Shown here: piece after piece, positions 35,324 to 45,400 of the stretch
How the letters are laid out: every line of letters begins with the position of its first letter
Numbering within the stretch: position 1 is the first letter of the stretch
NCBI GenBank assembly: GCA_963514005.1
Contig: OY740813.1
Location: 13,950,001 to 14,014,000, forward strand
Reading direction: 5' to 3'
Source of the DNA: Raja brachyura
Taxonomy: Eukaryota
Length of the DNA stretch: 64,000 nt
Notes under the pieces: generated by a model
What the model was told of the DNA's origin: nothing
Seen by the model: only the letters and a program-made list of their open reading frames with translations
Databases searched by the model: none
Position numbers and translations under genes: made by a program

Positions 35324-36939
35324 CAGTGGCTTGCAAAAGTATTCATACCCCTTGAACTTTTCCACATTTTGTCACGTTACAACAACAAGCGTAAATGTAT
35401 TTTATTGGGATTTTATGTGATAGACCAACACAAAGTGGCGTATAATTGTGAAATGGAAGGAAAATGATACATGGTTTTCAAATTTTTTTATAAATAAAAA
35501 ATTGAAAAGTGTGGCGTGCAAAAGTATTCAGCCCCCTTTACTCTGATACCCCTAACTAAAATCCAGTGCAACCAATTGCCTTCAGAAGTAACCTAATTAA
35601 TAAATAGAGTCCACTTGTGTGTAATCTAATCTCAGTATAAATACAGCTGTTCTGTGAAGGTCTCAGAGGTTTGTTAGAGAACATCAGTGAACAAACAGCA
35701 TCATGAAGCCCAAGGAACACACCAGACAGGTCAGGGATAAAGTTGTGGAGAAGTTTAAAGCAGGGTTAGGTGATAGAAAAATATCCCAAGCTTTGAACAT
35801 CTCATGGAGCACTGTTCAATCCATCATCCTAAAATGGAAAGAGTATGGCACAACTGCAAACCTACCAACACATGGCCGTCCACCTAAACTGACAGGCCGG
35901 GCAAGGAGAGCATTGATCAGAGAAGCAGCCAAGAGGCCCATGGAAACTCTGGAGGAGCTGCAGAGATCCACAGCTCTGGTGGGATAATCTGTCCACAGGA
36001 CAACTATTAGTCGTGCACTCCACAAATTGGGCCTTTATGAAAGAGTGGCAAGAAGAAAGCCATTGTTGAAACAAAGCCATAAGAAGTCCCGTTTGCTGTT
36101 TGCCACAAGCCATGTGGGGGACACAACAAACATGTGGAGGAAGGTGCTCTGGTCTGATGAGACCAAAATTGAATTTTTTGGCCTAAATGCAAAACACTAT
36201 GTGTGGCGGAAAACTAACACTGCACATCACCCTGAACACACCATCCCCACTGTGAAACATGGTGGCGGCAGCATCATGCTGTGGGGATGCTTTTCTTCAG
36301 CAGGGACAGGGAAGGTGGTCAGAGTTGATGGGAAGATGGATGGAGCCAAATACAGGGCAATCTTGGAAGAAAACCTGTTAGAGTCTGCAAAAGACTTGAG
36401 ACTGGGGTGGAGGTTCACCTTCCAGCAGGACAACAACCCTAAACATACAGCCAGAGCTACAATGAAATGGGTTAGATCAAAACATATTCATGTGTTAGAA
36501 TGGCCCAGTCAAAGTCCAGACCTAAATCCAATTGAGAATCTCTACCAAGACTTGAAAATTGCTGTTCACAGACGCTCTCCATCCAATCTGACTAAGCTTG
36601 AGCTATTTTGCAAAGAAGAATGGGCAAACATTTCAGTCTCTAGATGTGCAAAGCTGGTAGAGACATACCCCAAACGACTTGCAGCTGTAATTGCAGCGAA
36701 AGGTGGTTCTACAAAGTATTGATTCAGGGGGCTGAATACCTTTGCATGCCACACTTTTCAGTTTTTTATTTGTAATAACATTTGGAAGCCATGTATCATT
36801 TTCCTTCCACTTCACATTTATGCACCACTTTGTGTTGGTCTATCACATAAAATCCCAATAAAATACATTTATGTTTGTGTTTGTAACGTGACAAAATGTG
36901 GAAAATTTCAAGGGGTATGAATACTTTTGCAAGCCACTG
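35324..36939 (+). mobile_element. Full-length Tc1 transposon, Passport-like (IR/DR type)
   Basis: About 213-bp TIRs starting CAGTGGCTTGCAAAAGTATTCA (35324-35536 and 36727-36939) with an internal direct repeat; TA on the left flank. Confidence 0.95.
35703..36722 (+). pseudogene. Tc1 DD34E transposase, 339 codons, single in-frame TAA at 35985-35987
   Basis: ORFs 35703-35987 and 36027-36722 are in the same frame. Motifs [19 protein letters not shown] and [10 protein letters not shown] are present. Confidence 0.93.
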
Positions 36940-37062
36940 GAGATGTAGTGGATAATATACCAACAAAACAAAAATTAGAAATAAAAGTTATGAATTGCTA
37001 GCATCGTCTTCTTTCAACTCAATCAACACAATCTAACTTCCTCCTGACTTCTGTTGTTGAAC

Positions 37063-37392
37063 AAGGGTGGCATGGATGCACCGCAGTATAGTTGTTGCCT
37101 AAACAGAGATGGAGACCTGGGTTTGATCCTAACTATGGGTGCCGTCTGTACGGAGTTTGTACATTCCACCTCGTGACCTGCGTGCGTTTTCTCCGGGCGC
37201 TCCGGTTTCCTCCCACATTCCAAAGGCGTGCAGGTTTGTAGGCTATTTGGCTTGGTCAAATTGTAAAAATTGTCCCTGGCGCGTGTAGGGTAAATTGTTC
37301 CTAGTGTTCGTAGGATGGAGGGGTCACTGGTTGGCGCGTACTCGATGGGCCAAAGGGCCTGTTTCCGTGCTGTATCTCTAAACCGAACTAAA
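37063..37392 (+). mobile_element. HE1-like V-SINE
   Basis: V-domain GTCTGTACGGAGTTTGTAC...CCGGTTTCCTCCCACA and CR1-like tail. Confidence 0.85.
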
Positions 37393-40300
37393 CTGGTGCT
37401 GGACTATTTCTAGTGTCAGTGTAACACTCTGGATCATCCCTGTCACAGGCACTGTTCCAGCGGAGATGAAAGTTAAGTGACGCGGTTAACATCCTGTGCG
37501 AGTGGAAAGCCTTCCACGAGTGAGGGTGGGGATTGTTGTGTGGAGAGCTAATTGCACTATTTTGAAGGAAATATACATTAGTAGCACCCTGACTGAATGA
37601 TCGCGTCTATTCTCCTCCCACTAGCTCTCCAGAGGCATTGGTGTGCGCAAGGATCTTACTGGTAGAAATAGGTTTGTTCCTTCGGGGTTACGGAAGGTTA
37701 ACGAGAATAACTCAACTTCTCGTTATTGATGAATAATCTGCATGTAAATACTGACATTAGAATGGCACGGAATCAATCTGGAATTAAACAGTTTGCTCAC
37801 CATGGTGGTGAAAGCAAAGAAAAAGCTGCTATTTCCAATCTGCATGCCTCCGTGAGTGAAGTCGCCCAGGTACGCTGTGTCACATTCACCTTGCACTCTG
37901 CCGACTTACTCCGCACCTCACCACCACCTCTACTGACCCTCCACACCCCCAGGCTGGTCCTTACTGCTTACTGCTTACTTTCAATCTCCTAGCACTCAAA
38001 TCATTGGCTTTCCGTTGCCACCACATCATTGCCACACCTAAAATCAGCCTTTGATCACCTGCTCCTTATTCCCTCTCTCTCTTACCGCGGCTCCCTTGGT
38101 TCAGCCATTGACTCATAGAGTAATACAGCATGGAAACAGCACTTCGGCCCAAGTCGTCCATACTGACCAAGATGCCCCATCCAAGCTAGGGGAGTCTCCA
38201 ATGTGGGAACATTGTTACAAGATATGTAGGTGGTGAGTTATAACTGAGGTGCATAAGATCTGTTTCTCATAGAGGCTGATGAAACTCAGGAATTCCCTAC
38301 CCTAGAGGCTTGTGGAAGGTGGATCTATGGTGATATTACATGAGGAGGTGGATACATTTTTGATAGATCAGGGGATTGAGTGCTGTAGGGAGCTAGCACA
38401 GCAGAGGAGTTAAGGCTTGGGACAGATTAGCCACGATTGCATTGAGCGGCAGGACAGGCATGAGGAGCTGACTGGATAATTCATCTTCCATGAGCTTGTG
38501 TTCTCCATCAGAAGCTGTCATTTCAATGTCCTGCTGCTGCCTCCACCCACCCACCTAAGCAGTGCAAGGGAACCAAGAACTCATGGTCTTCTTTGTCACT
38601 GATATTCAGCTGCATCAACTGTCTCCCTCCCTTTCATCAGGCCAGACCCTCACTAAGATCTTTCCTCGCCTGTACTGTCCATGTCCTTGCACCGGACAGC
38701 AGTACTTCGCTTATCACCCCAGACTACGTCATTGACCTAATCTTGCCTATAAGGCTGACCTGCTGGTTCGTCCAAGTTACTGACACCTAACCACCTTTCC
38801 AGCTGCCCCCTCCCTGAACAGAAGCTGAAGTAAAAGTTCTCTCTCCTCAGACTTTTCCGTCTCCTACCTCCAGTCACCTTTTGTCTCCGAATCCCTCCCC
38901 TCGCCGTGAGGCTTCCCTTTTCTTTGTAAAGATCTTAACATTGCTGTCTACTTTCAATCCCTCCTTAAGGTGAGAGGGGCAAAGTTTAAAGGAGATGTAC
39001 AAGTTTGTTCACACAGAGGATGGTGGGTGCGCAGAACGTGGTGGAGGCAGATATGTTTGTGCCTCTGAGATATGGATCACATGCCGGGACAGGAGATTAG
39101 TTTAACTTGGCATTATGCTTGGCACAGACGTAGTGGGCCGAAGGGCCTGTCCCCATGCTGTTCTACATTCTATGTTCCCTCAATCTCATGTTTAGATCCA
39201 ACCAGCAGCAACATTAAGTTACTGCTGGTGCCATGGGATTAAATTGGCTTTCACAAGAGTTGTGCGTGAAATCCTGTGAGACTGGGGCTGTCCCTTCATT
39301 CATCTCCATCTTGACATGCCATCATCCTACAATACTTCTCTACTCTCAGATGGCTGTGGATACAGGTACATGCTCCTATTTCTTTGTATCTAGTTGCAGC
39401 CAATGTGTTAATGCTTATTGGAGCAAGATACCTTTGACACCAACACAAATACACTTTTATTGTTCACAGAATAAAATCATAGGGTTGACCTACCAACCCT
39501 AACACTAGCCCTAATCCTATGAATTAGTCAGGTATCCCCAGTGGCACCCCAGCTTCCACCATTGGTATCAGCTTAGATGTTAAGTGTCACCTTTCACTTC
39601 TTTACGGAGGAAACCCAAATTTCTGAGACAGCTCTTGCTTTTCAGGGCTAAGATCAAGACAAAAAGTAATTCGGCGGGTGCAAGCATCCATGGAGAACAT
39701 GGATAGGTGACATTTGAAAAAGGGTCCCGACCTGAAACGGTACCTATCCATGTTTTAAAGTTGTATGACAATGACATTTTTACTTGCTGCAACTTATCAG
39801 GCCTGTAAATGTAATTCACATGGATAATATATAATAACCAAAAAATCAGTACATTAATAACCCCAATACTAGTGCAAACCACCCCCCCCCCCCCCCCCAC
39901 CCCAAACCATGCAATCAAAGACATGGTCTATAGATGATCCTAGTTGTTGAGGTTAGTGATGTTCATGAGTCATAGTGTACAGTTGAAGAGACTAATGGTT
40001 GAGGGAAGAAGCTGTTTTTAAACCTGGTAGTCATGTTTTTCAGGTTCCTGTACCTTCTTTGCGAATGAGGGCATAGCAAGGCTGGTGAGGATCTTTGATG
40101 CTTTTTTCAGACAGCACCTATTGATCATTTCTATGGTGTCTGCCACACTCTGTAGTCTCATTTGTGCCTGGGCATTAACAAGAGAGAATTAAGTCTGGTG
40201 TGATGTCCTGAGGATCAGATCCCAGTGCCAGGAAATATCTAACAACTTCAAATCCAGGCAGCATCAAATTTTCCCAGCCACTCCTCCACAAGTCCACAAT

Positions 40301-40899
40301 TGATTCACGACCCCTTTAAATGGAACAGCAGGCGCACGTGCGACCACTGTCAAAATCTGCTTTCCCGCGCGTGGCCCACTGCACAATAATGACATTTTCT
40401 TAACTCGTAGCATTGCTAAATGGAAGCTGCGTTCCAGACTTGTCACATACACTGAAGTTGCCACTCAAGGATGCAATGTGAGCATTGCTATTATTTCTGC
40501 TAGTGATTGATTTTAACTCCACAAGGCTTATATGGCCCAGTTGAATTACAAGGCGATATAGCTCGGGAAATTATTCCAATTGGTTTATATTGTATCTGCT
40601 CGTTCTTTATTCTACTTCCCTGCATAACGTTTCATCCTGTTACCATCTGTTACTGTGCATTTTCTCTTGTAGTCCTCCAAACTTACTTTATTTATCTTCC
40701 TGCAGCCAACCTAATGCATTCCACAGCTTTGCAACTGCATCTGCTCATTCAGAAACCATAAAGCCAGCGCAACTCAGTAATATTTCAAAACAGATCCGTT
40801 TTTTGGATTAATTGTTTTCTTTTTATGAGTTGCCATGTTCGTAGTGTTGTTGGCGTTGTTTTCCTAAAGGTTTTTGTCTAACTCTCTTATTTAGATAAT

Positions 40900-41345
40900 C
40901 ACATGTCCCAGGCAGTATGAGACAATGAACTGGGCGATCGATTTGCTGAACACCTTCACTCAGTCTGCCTGGGCCTACATGATCTCCCGGTTGCCAAACA
41001 CTTTACTCCTCTTCACATTAGCATACAAACCTTTCTGCCCTGGGCCTCCTTCATTATCAAAGTGATGCCAAACGCAAATTGGAGGAGCAGCACCTCATAT
41101 TTCACTTGGGCAGCTTTCAACCCAGCAGTTTGATATTAATTTCTCTAACTTCAAGTAACCCTTGCATCCTCTCTCTCTCCCGCCCCCACCCTAGTCGTCA
41201 TACTAGTTTCACTGTCGTCCTGTTGAGTTTCATTGTCTATATTACACCTAGCCCACAGCCAACAATGGACTGTTTCCTTGATCATTTTTTGCATATCTTT
41301 CTTTCATCTGTTCAATATCTCTCTATAATCACCGTTTGTCTCTTG
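40900..41345 (+). mobile_element. PLE 3' fragment (GIY-YIG C-terminus and UTR)
   Basis: LGDRFAEHLHSVCLG...KLEEQHLIFHLGSFQP. Confidence 0.8.
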
Positions 41346-41636
41346 TTTGTCACACAGCAAAAGTTTTCCACTGTACAGGGGTACATGTGACAATAAACTG
41401 AAACCTCACCTAAAGTTTCCCTTTCCCCTGAAATACTGATCCCTCCCCATTCCTGACAGTGAGAACATTGCTCGCCGTTTGGGCATTAAATGTGCTCAGG
41501 AATTCAACCAGAGCTGCAAGGATTGTCAGCTGGTAGACCAAAGTGCTGGAGAAACTCAGCGGGTGCAGCAGCATCCATGGAGCGAAGGAAATAGGCAACG
41601 TTTCGGGCCGAAACCCTTCTTCAAACTCAATTGGCA

Positions 41637-41877
41637 GTTGCATTAGTGCCTTATACTCGGAGCGTCAGCTGCATTAGTACCTCATTCTCGGAGCGTCAGC
41701 TGGATTAGTGCCTTATACTCGGATTGTCAGCTGCATTAGTGCCGTGTACTCGGATCGTCATCTGGATTAGTGCCTCATACTCGGATTGCCAGCTGCATTA
41801 GTGCCTTATACTCGGATCGTCAGCTGCATTAGTGCCTTATACTCGGATTGTCAGCTGCATTAGTGCCTTATACTCGG
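41637..41877. repeat. 31-bp promoter-proximal VNTR, 7.8 copies
   Basis: Unit GCTGCATTAGTGCCTTATACTCGGATYGTCA. Confidence 0.95.
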
Positions 41878-41999
41878 CCTCTGAGCCTCATTCCATTTAA
41901 AGTCAACTATGCAAACAGAGTTAGCAAAGCCGTCTGATTAAGGGACTCGTCCTTAACCCATCCTTTCCCACCAGAGATGCAGCATTTTGTGTCAAAGTG

Positions 42000-42470
42000 G
42001 CCACCCGGAAATGGGAGCGGGCTCCGCCGCTGACGTCACGGGAAAGTGGTCTATCTGCTGCAGCGGGGCCGGGCTCTCGCGAGAGGTGCGGCGGCGACGT
42101 GACGCAGTTTCCGCTTCCCTTTCCCAGTATGCTCTCTCTAGGAGACGGCCATGGCGGAGTATGGTAGCATCCTCACCCCGGCGGCGCTCGGCCTCGGCGC
42201 CGGACACTCGCCTGGGCCCAAGGTGGAGGCTTTCGCCGACGCGTTGCAGAGGGCGCGGCAGGTAAAGGAGGGAGCCCGGCTTCCCGCGCTGGCCGGCGGC
42301 AGCTGCGCGGAGTCAGGGCCGGGGCGGGGAGAGAGGAGGGAGGGGGGGGGGGGGGGGCAGGGCCTTCGGCGGAGGCCGGGGAGGCCTGAGTGTAGCCGGG
42401 GACCGGGGCCCCGGGGCAGGCCTCATGGCGCCCACGGCTGCCCGGCGGATCACCTCCCCGAGCCGGCTCC
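42000..42470 (+). promoter_or_regulatory. CpG-island promoter and first exon region
   Basis: Sharp rise in GC and CpG. CCGGAA (ETS) at 42005-42010, TGACGTCA (CRE) at 42031-42038, TCTCGCGAGA at 42075-42084, a pyrimidine-rich initiator-like TTTCCGCTTCCCTTTCCC, and Kozak GCCATGG. Confidence 0.88.
42151..42261 (+). CDS. FUBP3: Coding exon 1 of a far-upstream-element-binding protein (FUBP family, most likely FUBP3)
   Basis: MAEYGSILTPAALGLGAGHSPGPKVEAFADALQRARQ followed by CAG|GTAAAG (phase 0). AFxDAxQRARQ is the conserved N-terminal A-box of FUBP1/KHSRP/FUBP3, whose exon 1 ends at this position. The short, non-poly-Gly N-terminus (MAE...K-x-E-A-F) and long intron favour FUBP3. The family call is firm; the paralog call is less so. 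Confidence 0.75.
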
Positions 42471-45400
42471 AACTGCAGCTTCACTCCTGAACAGATCGTG
42501 GATCTTTCCCTCCCCTCCACCCTCCCACCCAACAGACCTTCTCCCCCCACCCTCGCTTCCACTCCCCCACTTCTAGGTTGAAACTTGTGCAGTACATATC
42601 CTCACACCTCTTCTACAGCTTTTTCCCCCCGACCCAACGTAGAGTTTTAGACTACAAAATATATCTTGATTGTTACAGATGTCTTTATACCTCCAAAATA
42701 AAGTACTTGCGAGTATCTGCAGTTGCAAAAGCATGTACAACATGAGTTCAGCAAATTTTGCCTCGTATTACTTGAGATGAAAACCTTTTTCCATTTCAAT
42801 GAATGTTGTTCCACCTATGGCCAATTCCCAGTCTTTGTATTTGTGCATCCTGTGGTGTTGACAGTTTTGTACCATTCTCAATCTTGGAATCCCGATAGTA
42901 TATAGAATTCGTGCACTGTAAAGAGTTGTGCATTGATTAGAGGGTTATGAATCGTGTGTAGATACATGAGATTAGTTTATTTTGATGTGATATTTGGCAC
43001 AGACATTGTGGGCTAAAAGGCCCGTTCCCGTGCTGCACAGTTCTATGAATAAGTTATGGGAATAAAATTTAAAAGATGAAATTCAGAGTCCTATATAAGA
43101 GGTTAGATGAAGGCCACATGCGCACAATTGGTTTCTTTGAATCGTATGTTGCGATGCGGTTTTAAAAATTAAGATAGTTGAGAAGGTGATGAATAATATT
43201 TTATCTTGACATGTCATTTTCAAAGCTGGCAATTTGTGATGACCATTTCATTATTGTCACGTGTACAGAGATACAGTGAATTGCTTGTAGTATATGTTAT
43301 CCATCGAACCGCACTGTGTGTGAACAAAATAGATCTTATTCTGGGACAGCACGCAGAGTGGCCAAGTACTGGCGCCATTCTGCAGTTTCCAAGTCTCTAA
43401 AACGTCGGACTGGACTGAAGGAGATGTGCCTTACTATTTGGGTGCTGAATTATTTGTTTATTGGGCCATGTATGGTGGATATTCAGTTTTGAAACAAAGT
43501 TCTCATCAGAGTGCTTGAAATAATAGGAAAATTAAATCAGAAAACATCCAGTCAATTGTTGCCAAATTGTAGGAGCTAAATATCATGTTTGTTGTTGTTT
43601 TACAAGGGTATTAATTTTTCTACAAACCAGCTCCTTGTTTCTCAATTTCCCATGTTCCCTGAGTTCTCACATTTTAGCTCGCAAAAAAAATTGTTGAAAA
43701 CTTTAATGGGACCCTGTGAACTAATTTGGGTAACAGAATAATGCTACCATTGACAGTGTAGTGAGAAGAATAAGTAGCATGCCAGGGAGCTCTCACGTTG
43801 TCCAATCAATAGATATCACAATGTGAACGGAAACTGTGACCCAAGAAACTCCCAAAATCTTATGAGGAATCAGATTTGAAAACACAAATCAATATCTTTC
43901 AGGTAGACTCTCTTGCATCTCATGTCCTCGCCCCATATGCAACAGTGTATCAGTTATTCATTATGGATGTCACAAAAATCAATGTGCATTACATTAATGA
44001 CTAACATTTGGTTGGTTAAATGGAGACGCAAGAGACTGGAGTTGCTGGAATCTTGAGTAAAACACCAAGTGTTGGAGGAAGGAATGGACAGACGACATTT
44101 GGGGTTGGGACCCTAGTTCTGATTGATTCTGTATTCTTCATCAGTCTGAAGAAGGGCCCCGGTCTAAAATATATTTCCATCACCTCCACAGATGCTGCTT
44201 GACTCATTGAGTTCCTCCAGCAGTTTGTGTTTAGGTGCTTCATGTTTTGTGTATTTATTCGGGTACTGGGGATTGATTAGAAGGCTCTGACTTTATTTCA
44301 GATTGCTTGAATTTGATATTAGTTACAGTTAAAATTGGAAAGTTTTGAAAGCAAACATTGTGCAAAGAATTTGCAGTAAGATTTATTTTGGTACCTTTGA
44401 GCTCTCAATAGAGTTGAGATGTTTATTTTTATGTATGGAAACTTTTTTCAACTTGTGCACTCTCTCTTTTCTCTTGAAGACAGAAAATAATAAAATTGCT
44501 TCAAGACTTAATAGCTGAAAATTTATGGTGTGTCAAAATGCCATTTAACTTCTGCATTGCATTCACAAGAAATATCATCTTGTGCTATAAATGATCCATT
44601 CATCAACAACTGACTGCAGTGTAGATGCCATTTTCCTTTAGTTTATTGCCCCTGATCTTTAGGAAGTTGCCTGACAGTTGTTATGCATTGTTTTGCAGGT
44701 AATCTATTCGATTTTGAGCCTGTATTAAATGTATTTGCTACTCCAACATCTGGTTTTGATCTCTTATAGCAGATTATGGAGCAGAAAAGTCATCAGTCAC
44801 TGTAACAAATGAAATGTATACAAATTCCCAAGCTTTATTCCAATAGGAAACTTTTTTGTAGTAATTATGAACAATAATTGCCCAGAGCATCATTGACTTT
44901 TATTCACATTCATATTAGCCATTTTAGTTTATCTTGTACATATGTTGTATCGTTAGTCTTTACAAGTTGTTAAATTAGAGGATTATTTTGCTCCCGTTGG
45001 AGACAGTATTTTAAAGCATCCAATTTTCGCCAATGTTAGTGTTGTTTATTTCACTATTATATTCTAATGAGTATAAGAAAACTTGTACACATGACATTCG
45101 CATCAACAGATAGCTTGTATTAACTTTAAATTGCTCATATTATTTGTAATGGATGTACAATTACTTGCAATTTCCCTTTGTATTGTAAAATATGTTTAAG
45201 TAGACTCTGGACATTTTTTATAGGAAGACCTGTCCATAAAGTGTGGACCAATGGAAAGTTCTTGTTTTCCTGTATGCTCTACCATATGTATAATTTGCCT
45301 TTGCTGTGTGGGGTGAAATTCTGACGCTTCAAGCTGACGTGATACCAGGTACCAGCACAGCCAGGATTAACATAATTTTAAGTAATGCAGAAGTTGGAAA

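Noticed and set aside
1-41900. Exons of an upstream host gene such as ASS1
   Set aside because: No recognisable host coding exon was found by eye on either strand. Short exons could have been missed.
42151-42576. 141-aa ORF as a complete protein
   Set aside because: FUBP homology ends at RARQ, exactly at a GT donor. The rest is GC-rich intron read-through, and the overlapping minus ORFs are CpG-island artefacts.
44290-44312. TTTATTTCAG|ATTGCT as FUBP exon 2 (IAAKI)
   Set aside because: It reads IA then TGA stop, with no further similarity.
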